64,000 nt of DNA from Marsupella aquatica (Eukaryota; Plantae; Marchantiophyta). The first letter of the stretch is position 1. The number at the start of each line of letters is the position of its first letter. The notes beneath the pieces were generated by a model. It saw nothing but the letters and a program-made list of their open reading frames with translations. It made no database searches and was not told the origin of the DNA. The DNA lies in the NCBI GenBank assembly GCA_973895155.1, contig OZ316891.1:10541875-10605874 (forward strand). Reading direction: 5' to 3'. Positions 23,402 through 37,880 of this stretch are shown here, piece by piece. Both the position numbers and the translations under genes were made by a program.

Positions 23402-26400
23402 CTATTCGTCATCCTCGGATTGGTCATCGTCGGATTCATTATCACTCCCATCACTGGAGGGAGGCTCATCATCATATGACATCACGTCCACGAAAAATTG
23501 GGCGAGCCTTCCCATCCTTGCCGTCATCTCACTGTCCTTCCCATTATAAGACTGGGTGTTCAAAATCAAGAGCTCAATATCATGGCGGAAAGCCTCCAGG
23601 CTGTGATAATAGTCCTTCTCAAGTCGCTGCTTGACGATCTCCAAATCCAAGGGTAGGGGAATGCTGATAGAGACAACAATGATGCATCAGATCCATGTCC
23701 AGTATCACACCAAAAATAACGTTCACGGAATGAATAACATCAGGATCAATATTGCACTGTCCTTGGACCTAAAGTACTTGATTTCTAATCTGCTAGTCCT
23801 ACCTCTCCTGAGGATGAGTTGAAAAAAATTAACAAACCCTTTATAATTTATATCACAAGCTATGAATTGTTTTTCTATGGTTTGAAACTTTCCTTCTCCG
23901 GAAATGACGTCTACTAGATAGCAGTTCAATCTCAACGCATGAACACTAAATACCTGTTCAGATAATCAGGATGTTCAATATCCTGGCGCAGTCGTCTCAG
24001 TCCAAACTCGTCCTGCAAGGAAGAAAGCATAGTCAAGAACACGATTGGATGTACATTACCCTGAAGTCCACATCCAAACGTATGTAAGATACAAAGCTGA
24101 TACTTGAAATCAAAGACTATAAAAATAACACATATTCACTAGACAAATTGATTGTTTGAAGTAGGATCCTAGCGTACGGGACATGAAACACATTCACGCA
24201 TATGTCAACTAAGAACCATTTTGGTACCACTGCCAAAACACTACGCCATCACAAGAGAGACACTCAGTATGACTTCGTAACGAGTACAAGCCAGTTGATA
24301 CGTCATGCTAGTTGACGTACATTGCAGAGAAAGATAGTAATTACCTCACTTCCCACATAGCAGGACTTCTCCAGATCATGAATGGCAAGCAGTAGTTGGG
24401 CCTTGCTCTCATCGTCTATGTGAGGAGGATCGTGCCAATGATCTCCAGGCTCGAATAGTTCCCAAGGGCTGTGAATCTGAGGCTCGTTGTCCAGTTTATA
24501 AGTGACAATTAAACTGTCCCAAGGACTCTCAGGATAGTCAGGCGACTTACCTACCGTCTTGAGAACCCTACCATCCCACCATTTTCCTCCACCAACCTCA
24601 TCATCTGACCTCCACCATACTTGGCACTTGTCCCTTGGGCCCCAACCCTTCTTCATGGCACCGTCATAGCGGCTCCTTTCAACAATGAAGTCTGGAAAAT
24701 TGGTAAGTTCGGGAAGAGTGAGATCAAAAGACTTCCCACAAACCTTAGAGTTTATGTCCGTGAACTTCAACGTTAGCATACAGCAGGTTTGCCCAGTCCC
24801 TTGAACAATGTTGTAATCAAGCCCTGTTATTCTGCAAAACTCTACTGCACGAATGGGCGACCGTATCAGGCGCCAGGGTCCTTTCTCCTCTAACTGCGAT
24901 TGATCCAGAAACTCTTCGTGTCCCTGCGTAACAGAGAAGAGACCACGTTTCATTTCAATGCATCGACTACATAACACAGAAACGAAAACAAAAACAACAC
25001 CAAGCATATGGAGGAATGACTACACAAAACTTAACTCAAAATGAAAACAGGCACAAGTAAATTACTACGTATGAAATAAATAAACATTCTTACCTGCCTC
25101 AAGTACACCACATCATCTCCATACTGAGGGATATAGCGGGTGCCAGCTTCCACGTCAGTAAGCAATAACCAGGAAAGGTCCGTCCTTTGACGGTCCATTA
25201 TTCTATTGCGGTTCTTTTTACTTCTGCCATCCTTTGCATGTAACCCCGTGTTAACTTCTAGAGCCTTTCCTCTTTCCTTTTCAACCAATGGTTCCCTCCT
25301 TCCATCCTCCCTGCGCGACCGACCTGAAGTTCTCCTGTCTTTAGTCGTTGATTGTCTCCTACCAGAAATGTCCTCATCAAGCGTCTCCAGCTTTACAACA
25401 CGACGCCTCTCAAACTCCACACTACCCTCCTGTCCTTCCTGCTCTGAGGCACTACCTTGGGCAACCCTCAGTCGTCTAGTTTCCCGACCTGCAGACCTGC
25501 TTGGTCCATCTTGATAACTTCCTTGCCTTGTCCTTAAACCTCGCTCACCTATTCCATTTTGAGAAGCATTATGGACGTCTTTAGACCTTTTCCTCCTACT
25601 TGTCTCCGGTAATTCCGTGGGCTCTACAAATACAGCTATTGATTTACCTGTTCTTGACCTGGTTTCCCTGCCACCTTCGTTGAGCACGGAGTTAATATTT
25701 CGCACCCGTGTCTTCGTAGGCACGTCACGCATGTCGTCGTGCCTATTACTCGTAGACTCTTGCCTTGTGTACAGCTGCAACTCTCCGAGAGCCTTCTGCC
25801 TAGTGTGCCTAGTTCTCTGCTTCCCCTCATCAAAACTCTCATCATCCGATTCTTGGTCTCCAGACTCGCCATAACTCCTTCCACCGATTCCATTACCCTC
25901 AAAGAGCTCACTGTGGCTGTTGTCCTCATCACTGTCCACGTCAACACCATCTGTTCGCTGTATTGACTCGGCTACTTGGTCTCGGCTTTCCGTACCAACA
26001 TCATTATCTGCTTCACCTTCTATATTGTTATAATAATCCACTGGATCACCGGCAGGATGAGGTACACTTGACTCCTTCTGGACAGACACAAGGGAATCTT
26101 TTTCTTCATCAGAATAATTTAAGAATACAGGCCTTTCGGAAACCTCCAACCGCCCAGCAGCCTCTTCTTCTGCCAAACCATCACTTTCTGAACCAGAACC
26201 CGAACTCTCTCGAGCCTCTTCATCCATGCTCGTAGCACCAGCTTCAGGGTAAGAACCGTCTACCAGTGATGTCCTTTCAACTGCAAGCACAGCTTCTTGC
26301 ATAATAGGATCTACTGGTCTTACTGATATCTCATGTGCCTCAATCACCGGTAGCAAGAGCTCGTCGTAGCCCATCTGATTGTGATTGCTTTCAACAACAA

Positions 26401-29400
26401 TCTTCTCCTTCAATTGCGCCTTCTCCTCTCTCTTGTCACCTCGGGTTCTACTTTGCGGGGAGTGAATGGATTCCCCATCAGACACTTTGTTCACATGGCC
26501 ATTCTCACTTGAGTACCCGTTTTCACGAGGTTGGCCAATGGAGGGTCCAACTTGAAACCCATTGGCATGATCATGTTCTCTACCTTCATCTCTGACCAAA
26601 GGCGACTCCCCATTCATGGTCACTGTACAAACCTCAACCACAGAAGAAAGATTTGTGTCGTGTGTCCTTAAATCAGCTGGGGGCCTTGACACAGTCACGT
26701 TCTCCAAAGCGTCCGCAGGTGGATCCTTAACATCAACACCGTCAGTAGCTGATGCAATCAACTTTCCCGGAGCTTCAACATCGTCCTTCCGTTCATCTTT
26801 TATCTCTTTTGAACTACCGCTATTCGTGCTCCCAGAATCATCACTCTGATACTCAGGAAACTTTCCCCCCCGGGCACGTTTTGCTGCTTTGCCTTTCTTC
26901 CACTGCCAACTCTGCTGATCCTGTGTGGATTTCCCTTCGTCCAGTTCTAGCTGATCTTCATCTGAATCAAGTGAGCATCCTAATCTTCGAGCGTGTGCTT
27001 CGTCCCCCATTCCATTCTCTTGGTGATTATCCTCTGAAGACTCTATCACTGCCGCATTTCTCTTCAGTCCACCGGAAGGTTTTGGGTGCCTGATGACTAA
27101 TTTCCGAGGAGGACGATGGCTGACGGGGTTGTCAGAGGTCCCAGCCTGGTCTTCGAAGAGAGAGCCCACAGCCGAATTGACTGCTTGCTCACCAGCAGGT
27201 GTCTCAGCATGTGGTTCGTCTGATACTTCTATCTTGGAGTCCTCAAGCTCTACCCTGCGACTAGAAGAGCGTAGCTTAACCACAAGTTTCCGTTGAGACC
27301 TAGGACGACGGCTGAACTCGCCACGATCCGAAGATTCAACTCTACTTACGTTGGTAATTGCCAACTTCGGAGCCTCATCAGGCTCCTCTCTGGCTCTACT
27401 CCGCAGCACCCTCTGAGGCTCACCGGACCCAGAAGCTCTTTCCACATTATCAGAAACTTTTCTCTCTGTCTGAGGTGCTGCCTCCTCCTCCTCATCATCA
27501 TTTATGCTAGAGAGGAGATGGAGGGCGTTTCTTGCAGCCTGACGTTTTGGCCTTGTTGACGGTTCTGCATGATGCCGAGTAACTTGTCTTGACGAAGATG
27601 CTACGATTCTTCTGGACGGTGACGATCTTCTAGATGGAGATGCTCTTCTTGACGGCGATGATCTTCTTGAGGACTTCACCTTTCTCCGCCGCAGCCGTCG
27701 CCTTCCGCTACTTTTGTCATCCCCATCATCATACCTCTTTCGTTTCAGTCGCCTTCCAGATGATGAGTATGTCACCATCTGCAGCAAAATAGTTTAAATC
27801 TTGCATATGAGCATACAACTCAAACTACAAAGGAAGCTTTACTTCGACAACTCACACACGGCTATTTGAGGAAAAATAACTGCATCGGTTCTGAAATAGC
27901 CCATAACCATTTTAGACTGGAGAGCTATATAACTGAGAATCATTTCAAAGACAGATACCTCATTTTTTCGCTTATTCCGGCTAGACCTCCGAAGACGAAT
28001 AGTGATATCCCCTCGAACTTCATCCTCATCTTCGTCGTCTTCCTCTTCCTCTTCCTCCTCACTGTCAACGTCATCTAAGGTATCAGCTTTCTCCTCCCCA
28101 TCATCCTCACACTCCTCACTTGCACTATAATCTGAACCAGAATCCTCAGTCAAGCCAACCGCCTCTTGTTCCCAGTCCATGGCCTCATCAGCCTCATTAG
28201 GCTGTTCCACCCATCGGTTGCCACCTTCTGAAGCTGAAGCACGTCTTTCTCGACGGTCAGGTGATGGTGGCACAACTGGAGGCTGAAAAGGAACGGGTGC
28301 ATCTGGCGGACCAGCGTAAGGGGGATCATCCAATGTTCCGATTTGGTAGAAGACAGCTGGAGGCTGCCAGTCAATGCCAAGTGCGCCAAGACGCCGCTGC
28401 TGGTAAAGGGTTTGGTAGGGCTCAGCATATGGAATCATGCCTGTAAATCAGGTTACAATTTTGAGAACATATTATCAAACTATTGAACTAATAATATCGT
28501 TAGTCCCTGGACTCCCCTGGGAAAAAAAAAACCAAGACAATGCCTGAAGTGGAAGGATCATAAACCATGCATCACACTAGAAAGAAAGTGTAAAGGCCAG
28601 GAATGGGAGATTGTGAACCCCCCATTCTAACAACCTCGCAATTGCACACAGCTTCCAAAGGAGAGCTTGAGCACTAACCAGCATCACAGAGAAGATCCTG
28701 AATGTTCCTCAAATGGGGTGGGAGCTGGCTCTCCTGCGAGAGCAAGAATATTCCAAGGTTTAACATGACATATTCTTACTTCACCAGTTTTTTGGTGCTG
28801 TAACTCGAGGATCTCCAACTAGAAGCATTCATCAAACATGTATGCCAAAAGGTGGTCATTGGCAGTCCATTTACCTGATCCAGAACATTCCCATGCGTAT
28901 CTCGAACAAGTGGCCGAAAATCCCCCAGGAAAAACTGTTTAAATACAAATTAGTGAGCTCCCTAGTTCGACAACCATTTTAAACATAGGATTGCAGCAAT
29001 GCAGCAAATTCAACTCCAACAGAAATCCCATCAGTTTTGTTAAAATCGACATTTTAAGGGCGAACAAGAAAGCAATCACTGCACTGAAGAAGAAAGCTTG
29101 CGATGACGAGATTGAACATACTTGATCATATTTTGCGTCCTTCTGGGAATTTCCCTCCCCTGTCGCAAAAAGATAGATCTGACCGACTTCATCAGATACC
29201 ACCAACGATGATCCATCACTGTCACAAATAGCACCAATTCCGGTTCCTCAGTTGCTTAGATGCATCCTTGAACACCAAACAAAGTACAGATTGTAGCAAC
29301 ATCTCTTAGCTTGTTCGTTTTGAATCTGCTAAGGTAACCAATGCACGTCGCCCACACTTGTATCAGCAAAATTCATGCTACACAACATAAAGTTCCAGTA

Positions 29401-32400
29401 AGAATTTGTCGCCTAATTCAGAGAGTTCTAAAGGAGCTCTAAGCAGAATTGAGACTTACGGAGAGAAATTTCCATCCACAAGATTGTAATCCCCTGTGTC
29501 ATAGATACGAATTGGATGACCATCCCATATCTGCCAGTGTCACAATAGTTAATAGATGTTGAATAACGACGCGAACGTTCCTAATGGGCATTCAAATAAA
29601 GCAGTTTCGTGTCCATAACCGCCGGGCTTACTTTAAACTTACCCGAAAAACAAGTACCAAATGACCACAAGCGCTTGACAGGGAGAACGTAAACTTACAT
29701 CCCAAATAATGACACGTCCGTCGTATCCAGCACTCATGGCAATTCTTGGATTGAATGGATGTACGTCCAACACATATGTCTGCGAGTAAACATATTCGTA
29801 AGGACTCATCAGTAAGAACTCAACGGCTTTTGAGACCACCAACAAAGCTCACAAAAAAACTTCCAAACCATGAAGAGTGGTCAAATACCACGACCCAATG
29901 TCTTCAGAGACGCAACAAAGCTACTTGAACTATAAACTACAAGGAAATCAGGTTGTGCACATTGTACCTACTTCATCACTAGAAGTGACTACACTAGTAG
30001 AAGTTCGGCTCCTATATCTATAAAAAGATACCTGCTTGTCATGACCCGTCAAGGAGTGAACTAAACTTCCATCCACAGCATTCCAGACGCATATTCTACA
30101 GTCTGGAGAAAATAATTTTGTCAGAGAGATTTGTACAAATCGTTTTGCAAGTGGACTGATTTTGATTCACAAAGTGCATCAGTTCAAACACCGACTCTAA
30201 CTCAACATAGGAAAACATAACATCCAGCTAATCATGCATGACGGTAGACAATTGCAATGTTTTGGCAAAGATCTGCATTAGTACTCAAGCAGAATGTAAA
30301 CCAATCGCAAACGTACCCATAATTGCTGCGAGCACAAAGCGGTTATCTAAACTCCATACGATCATGTTTACACCTCGAGGCGTTGGCAGCAACCTTTGCC
30401 TCGGTCCTCCTGGTCTAGGAGGTTGTGGAGGCATCGGAGGCGGGGGAACCCTCAGGTGGTAAGCTTTCACCCACCGACCAGCTTTAGCCTGGAAAGGAAA
30501 AATGAACACCGTTAGGAATGTAATACACCAAACAAGAAATAAGACAATCGTTCAAGAGAGATAGCTCAGTGTACACGCCCAGGAACAGCATGTTTACTCA
30601 AAAACATCGACTACAGCAGAAGTGATTACAGTAACCTTCACAAAGTCCCACTGACATTGTCACATGATTCTTACATGATGTCGGCGAGGGCGTGGAGTCC
30701 AAATGATAGCACTACCGTCTCTTGAACAGGTTACAATGCTGTCATGAGCAGACCTACCAACATTTCGACAAAAATAAGGATATCAGGTTCTGGGACGAAG
30801 ATGGGTATGGATTTTGGTCTTGCTTGAAATAACTGAACATAAAATTTCGTACGCACCAGGTATTCTTAAACTTCATTGGGTAATCCTCTTTGGCACCGTC
30901 TGCCAGTAATGGCCTAGTGGGGGCTGCACATCCACTGTACAAGGAGCAAAGTCAATAACATAGTCGATGTTACTGTGGATTACTTATCTCAAACTAGTAG
31001 AACCCTCGGCACAACTCCGTTTTGGAACGAACCTGAACTGGACGTAATTGACATCGTTCTCATGGCCCTGAAGAGTGTCCAATTCGTAATTTGGTCGTCC
31101 TGTGAGCTCATCGTTCCACTTAGTGGCGTTCCATACCTGTCCGATAGTAAACAGCAAATCACCAGGTAAGCCACGAGGAACATCTATGAGTTGTCAGCAG
31201 CTGCATCGTTTTCCATTCCTGGAACTACGATCAAGCACCATATCTTTGGCCCAGGACAGGGAAAGAACTAACTACGTATCGACCCATCAACCAATCTTTA
31301 TCACGACTAGCGATCTTCTTCGACAAATGCTCACCACTCTCGCGGTATCTAAAACCCACTGCATAGATATGGCTTCCCTGAAAGATTTCTTGGAGCCAAC
31401 ATCGACTAATTCCTGTCTTGGAGCCGACAATGAGACAACAATCAAGTGTGAAATTCTCTTACCCTTGCGAGCTTGTCTGAGCTGCCTGTCACAAAAATAC
31501 TACCATCGGCATTGAAAGCACAGCAGAGTATTTGATTGCCAGGAGGAGGGACGGGAGGCGCTTGTACGGTGGTTCCCCTAGGTACTGAGAAATGACAGAA
31601 GAGCCCGTGAAATTTACGGAGGCGTTAGCGTATACACACAAAATGCCATTGCAGGGCTGGGGAGCACTACAGCTCACAGCTCTGCCAACAAAGTCTGCAA
31701 AATCCAAAGCATGCATAACAATTCTGATACTCAATCACCATACCAAATAGAGCTTAAATAAAAGAGACCATTACCAGGTTGGTTGTCTTTCGGATCGGGC
31801 ATATAGACACGAGAGTTCACAGAAGAATCTCGGGCATCCCAGATTCGACACGTGCCGTCATCCGAGGACCTACGACCGACATTTCAAAAGATGTTTTTCA
31901 ACAGTTGCAACATTTACATGTTCTTCCGAAAGGACAGAGGGAAGTTCAAAACAGCCCTTCCTGATTGCACTGTTACAATCCCAAGGGTACAAAAGTTCTC
32001 CAATGCTCAAGATCCTATTACACTTACACATCACAAACCGGGCCTAGACATTTGTACTAAGACTGCGGCTGTCGAAGTGGCCACCAGACCTAGCGCAACT
32101 ATGGTAACGAGCACAACAGCAAATTTGACTCAGATTCCCAAATGATGATGTTTCCACATGCAAGCAGATTATTACGATGTTCTTAATAATCTACACTACA
32201 CTTACGAGAGTAGATGGTGTTCACATCCATGTCGAGGGCTGAATTTGATAGCTGTGACAGCACCACCGTGCCCACGCAGGACAGAAACTGGAAAGCCATC
32301 TGGCATCCGCCACTGTTCATGCGCAGGGAGTATTAACATCCGCACTTCGGATCCCAAAACTTCAAAACGAGATTCACGTGTTCCTTCAATTGTGTGTGCG

Positions 32401-34455
32401 AAGACAGCAGATCTTTACTACGGAAAGCAACTTACAACTCTGATGGAGAAGTCATTCGAAGCTGATGCTACAAGTTTATTGCTGCTGCTCACAGCCAAAT
32501 CGGTTATATCACCCTGAATAAAATGAAAAATGTCATTGAGTAATTCCGTGCAGCATCTTGTGTACAAGGTGCACAAATCTCAAGCAAATTCAATTTGCGA
32601 ATTGCACGAAGACCAAGTTCATAACAAGCAACCTTCGGAAAGACATCTAAAGGATCGATCGAACCTCATGGCCCCGGCAACTACGCAGACAAAGTCCCGT
32701 GTCAGTCGACCATATTTTCACAAGTCGATCATCTGATCCAGTGATGACATGCTGCCCATTTTTATCAAATATAGCTGCACAACACAACCATTCCAAAGGT
32801 AGTTGGTGCGTCTGTAGAATCTAAGAAGCTTGGGACATAACACAATGTTAGCACGGCCCATGGTCCAAAGCAATTAGCAAACGTGGTTCCTTTTCAAAAG
32901 TCTTTAGCTAACTTCAGAAGACGAACCCCGGTACTTCCACCTCAACACCTTTCCAACTTTAACGATCAACACATCTCCGAAATCCATTGAGAGAATATTA
33001 TTTGATTTCTCCTCAAGATTATCTAGATTACAAAATGTCGAGACTGATCCAAGGTATTAAGCCATTAGTTAGATTGTTCTTCGTCTGAAAAATCAGCCAC
33101 TCTCAATCTTGACATGAAAACAGAATTTGACCCTACTAACTAGAGGCTGGGACTGGGCGACCGCTTGACATACCACAGTACACAGCGTTTCGATGCCCTC
33201 TCAGCTTTTTGATGATCTGTATCCTGTGAAAGAAAATTGATGGCTTCGCGATCACGTAGCTTGCCGTTCTGACAGAAGGAGCTCGATGATGTCGAGCAAA
33301 CCCACCACCAAGTTCCCTCAGAGTCAATCCGTGGACTTGGTCTGCCTGCCAATGAGGCCATCGCATGTGCTGATTCAACCTGGATACCCCTCCGTCTCGT
33401 TTGGACCGTTCCCCTGTCATATTAAATGTAGTCATTCGCTGAGACAACCTCGTCACTAAACCGTTGCGCTCAAGTCTACAAGTATAATCTTGCGGTGAGT
33501 ATCGATCACCAAATTAAGTGGTGAACAGAAATTCAGCTGGACATTGCGCTTCCACGATGACTACACTCAACTCAAACTTTGGTAATAAGTACCGTTTGGA
33601 AGAGTGACACAACGTCTATGTTCGCAGACGTGACGCAGATACTGCTAGGCTACAGTCACCGACACTTACCATCAAGCAACGAGAATGTGCCCGACCCGAG
33701 AAGAGTAGGGGCGTCTGCCGCTGTGACAACTTTCGAACGTGAATCTGACGTAGCTGCTGATCTGCTGTTATTCACAAGGAGCTGCTGTAGAAGATCCACT
33801 AGATGGCGGTTGGGGATGTTCGGATTCCTACACAAACATAAATATATTTCAGATTAAATCGCTGTATCGAGGGAACATTATTGTTCAGACCACATAAGAG
33901 ACGCGCAGACTGCATCATTGCCAGGAGGGCGATGCAGTGAACATGAGCCACCATTGCAGAGCGCTACTCTTCATCTGTCTAGATTCCTTGCCTTCCCGTC
34001 AGAGAGAGAAAGGCATGTCCAGCCCACCCAAGGTCCACGGCATTCAAGAGCCGGGAATCTATGTACCTGCTCGCCACGTCCCTATAGCTTAGGGGGAAGG
34101 ATAAGCCGTCATCGTTCTCGTCGCCACTTGGCTGGCCTTCTCTAGAGTAGCGACCATGATATCTGCGTGGTAGAAGTTTATGCTGCAGCAGTTCATTCCA
34201 CAGCTGACCGAAGGCCCTAGTGCACGGTCCTTGGGCGAGAAAGTGCATAACCAAAAAATATACTTCTCTGAGATCCACATTGACGTCCACCGCAGAGGTT
34301 TCAACGGCTGCACGTAATGCCAAGGAGGAACCCAAACCGGTCGCCATGCTCCTGCTGACATCGAGGGACGACTGATCCTGCTGTGGCATAAGCTGGAGTC
34401 CTGGCGCAACCCCTATGGCTGCATCCCCGGGGTGCACGACCTTACATCCTGCCAT
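23402..34455 (-). CDS. Bromodomain and WD40-repeat protein (BRWD/PHIP family), over 20 coding exons
   Basis: N-terminal EVYFLVMHFL..GPC and ELLQHKLLPRRYH; WD40 repeats (KKLRGHRNAVYC, ITGSDDRLVKIW, SAGYDGRVIIWD); YDQFFLGDFRPL; 2.7-kb low-complexity exon; YIPQYGDDVVYLRQGH Tudor-like region; C-terminal bromodomain PLDLEIVKQRLEKDYY...SYN. GT-AG junctions traced in frame. Confidence 0.95.
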
Positions 34456-35819
34456 GCTTCAAATCATGACCTCTCATCAACTGCTTGCATTATTCGAATG
34501 CAACGCGAGAATTCCTAAGCATAGGTTAACCCAAATTCCACGTTTGTACTGAGAGCTCGCCTGGTCTGTCACCCACCGACCCAAAAAACCAGCGGTAAGA
34601 AGAAACGCACATTCTAGACACAAACCACGTAGTCAAGCGTCTAAACATCTCAGTACTTGTTGTCACAAATTAGTACACACGATCAAATAGACAACAGCGA
34701 CGACAAATCAAGTTCAGAAGAACGCTACACGTTAGCAACCGGACTCACTACTGATTCCACCATGGTTTTTAACAACATGATCATGCTGCTCAATGACCAG
34801 TTCCTAATGTTGGGGCCCGCTATATCCAACAGCTTGTTTTCCTTCAGACGAGGAGTGACATCGGCTACGGGGGAGGGCGTGTACGCGCTTAATGACGGCC
34901 ACGTGTGAGACAGTGGAAGCCACTGTCCCTACAAGCGCACAGAGACTTGTAAGTTGCTGAACGGGCGATTGTGATGTCGTCGACACCGAACGCATTGATC
35001 TCTAGTCATTACAATTTCAAGACCGAAACCCTCATTACTTCACAATCCCCTACCGAAACCGTGAGCACAACAGCACCTGACATAGCACCAGACAACGACA
35101 AGCGCCCTAGAACATCGAGCCACAACAGCAAACCGCTCTCAAGCTCTCTCCATCGCTCAATCCCTCCTGTATAGATCCACATGTGGAAGCGACCTGCCAA
35201 TATCGAAATACCCTGGATACACAGACCCTAATCCTAATCCTCCTCCGACCGAGACTTGCATAAAAAGATGTCAGCCAGCCTCACCTTGCGAACCTAACGA
35301 AAACCAGCTTCCAACACAATAATGGCTTCCGTAAAAATCAGTCGTGCATGCGTTCCCTAGTTCACCGTGCAAACCCTTCGGATCCGTCTCTCCCTTTCCT
35401 ATGTTTAGCTCCTTCTGTGTTTGCTTCCTTTCCCTATGATACTCGCATTGCTTGCTCGGTAACGTCAGTGGCAGCAGCCACGCAGTAAACCCAAGGAAAT
35501 CAAACTACCGGCAACGAAGGCGATGTCTTTCCTTCACCTAAATGTCGATCTCTCATTTCTTCGCCTTCCCATCCTGTCCCTGTGTCCTCATCGCATTGTG
35601 CAGCAGCACGAGACCGAGAAACTAACACGCCGCCCTAATCATCGACAGCCTCGATATCAATTTCCCCATCGCTCTCACCGCACTTGGGGACCTCTCTTTC
35701 CAGTCCTCCATTCCATACCCGCACCATCACGGAGCCCTTTTCGCATCGATATCACTCGCACGCCCGCATGTCTTCCCAAATTGCTCTCCTCGTGCCAACC
35801 CTCGAGAGCACCACCTTTC

Positions 35820-36330
35820 GATCCCTCCGTTCCCGAGGCGTCCCTCCTGCCTCCGCCAGAGGCCCTCCAAAGCCCTCCAAAGCCTCTCTCTCGCTCTCTC
35901 CTTCCTTCCTTCCTTCCTTCTCGTCTATTCTTCTCTCCGTTCCCGAGGCGTCCCTCATGCACACCCAACCCCCGATCGCTCTCTCTCTCTCCTCTTTCCC
36001 TTCTCTTCCTCCGTTATCGTCGCTTTCCGCAACACCAGCGTCTTCCGTACGTGCGCATCGCCGGAGCGAAAAAACGCTACACAGATTCTCTCTCTCTCTC
36101 TCTCTCTCTCTCGGCAATCTGCTGGCCCGCCTGCCGCTCCTCGCTCGCTCGCTCGCTCGTCGTCCTGTACTCCTTGGTTCGCCCTTTTCGAGACTTCGTT
36201 TCTTCCCTCTCTCGTCGCTCTCGCTCTCTTCCTCTTCCCTAGCAACCAGACGACACACAGACAGACGGACACCGCTGCGACTCGACTACCCTACGCCCGA
36301 CGACGACGACGACTGTCACGAACAAACAGC
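35820..36330 (-). repeat. GA/CT microsatellite-rich probable 5' leader of the BRWD gene
   Basis: (CT)n near 36087-36112, (TTCC)n and (CTCG)n tracts, and a 22-bp direct repeat ctccgttcccgaggcgtccctc at 35825 and 35935. Confidence 0.65.
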
Positions 36331-36704
36331 CACTCACTCTCTCACACTCACTAATACGCGCAAGGCGCAATGGCGCAATGGCGCATGGCGCAATGGCGCA
36401 TGAGAAGGCGGACGAGAAAGAGGAACGCGAGGGGAAGGAATGGCGGAAGGAATAGCGGAAGGAATGCCTACCGTAGTCACCCGTCGCTGGGCACACAGCT
36501 CAGGACACCTCGTGCCATCTTATTATTATTACTACGGTAGCCCCATGAACCGTTCGTAAATAGACTTATGAAGAAAAATCTTGAACAATAACATTTACAC
36601 CCTATTTTTGTTAGTCTTTGATTCATCTTTGTTTTTTCCCATTCTCATTTCCATAATATTTTTGTATATCCTGTTTTAAAATTTTGACCTTATTAAATCT
36701 CATT

Positions 36705-36888
36705 TGTTGTGATATAGGATTCATATATAGTTGGAGAGGGAAAGAGATTGAATGAATATATTAATGAATGTATGAATAAATCACTAGGTTGGGGATTAAC
36801 GGGTGTATATATAGTGTCTTGAAGTAACCATGGTAAAGGTAACCTCCTAGTCTGGTCTAGGACTAGTTACCTCATAACACTCCCCCTT
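36705..36888 (-). mobile_element. Truncated LTR retrotransposon end: short LTR plus polypurine tract
   Basis: tgttg...taaca (36705-36879) followed directly by ctccccctt, the same arrangement as the copia 3' LTR and PPT at 4952. No coding region follows. Confidence 0.6.
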
Positions 36889-37115
36889 GGTTACATAATG
36901 GGAGTTATGGAGACAATCTAAACTAGTCCTAGAACTAGATAAGAAAAATCTATCACCATGCTTCTAGACCTTATTCAATTCCATTATCAGTTTTCTCTCT
37001 ATTGGGAGGTAGGGTCTAGAGATTTCACTCTAGACCTAGGCTCTGAAGAATAGGCTTGAGTTGACGCTTTCATAGTAAGATTAGGTGTGGCACTTGAAAA
37101 ATTCCCCCAACAGTG

Positions 37116-37880
37116 GAGTGTGTAACTAGTGAAGCATTGGGGCAATTTTTAGATTCTTTTAAGACCAGTTTTTAAGCACCTCAGGAGCAATGTAGTTTTC
37201 AAGGCTTTTTAACTTTCTGGCCGGGGCAGGCGAATGACACCTTGCGTTTTAAGACCATTTCTAGATCACCTCAGGAGCGACTTAATTTTTAAGCCTTTTT
37301 TTATTTTCTGGTCGGGGCGAGCAATTAACACCTTGTGTGAAGGGCAAGATGCTAGTAGGGCATCTCAAATATTGAAGAAAAAAAATCATCTCACGGGCAT
37401 CCTGCCATGCGCTCGGGCACACCGAAACTGCGTATAGCCAGACGTAGGCAGTGATATTTTTGGGCTCTCAGATTTGACAGGGGTCGCAGCAGTGTGTAAA
37501 AATTGCAAAGTGAGTCATGAACATACTAAAATCAGGTCCTCTCTTAGTAGTAGTTGGCCCTCAGTTTTGGTCACGACTCTCGGGCGTGACTGGTGGGCCT
37601 CACATTTGGTGCCCGACCAGTCGTTTCCACTACCCCGGGTCACAACACTCCTGGACAAGGTCACATGCAAAAATTCATTGTATTTGAGACGCCCTAGTGT
37701 ACAACCTGGCTTATTCTTACCATTGGGCACCCAAAACCACCGCAACTAGCAGAGTGTGTAACTAGCAAATCATGAGGGCCATTTTTAGATTACCTTAGGA
37801 GCAGTGTAATTTTTAAGCTTTTTTCCTTTTTAGCTAATGCAAGCAAATGACACCTTCTGTGAAGCATAAAATGTTAAATA
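37116..37880. repeat. Degenerate unit of about 85-90 bp, present three times (two in tandem, one dispersed)
   Basis: acct(c/t)aggagc...tttt(c/t)aag(g/c)cttttt...acacctt near 37178, 37268 and 37792; gagtgtgtaactag at 37116 and 37752. Confidence 0.65.

Noticed and set aside
35523-36403. Long overlapping ORFs of 168-239 aa on both strands
   Set aside because: They arise from stop-poor CT/GA microsatellite sequence in the BRWD leader; the products are low-complexity with no domain.
36469-36539. Tiny TA-CCGTAGT inverted-repeat element
   Set aside because: Arms of only 9-12 bp and a single copy; not distinguishable from chance.
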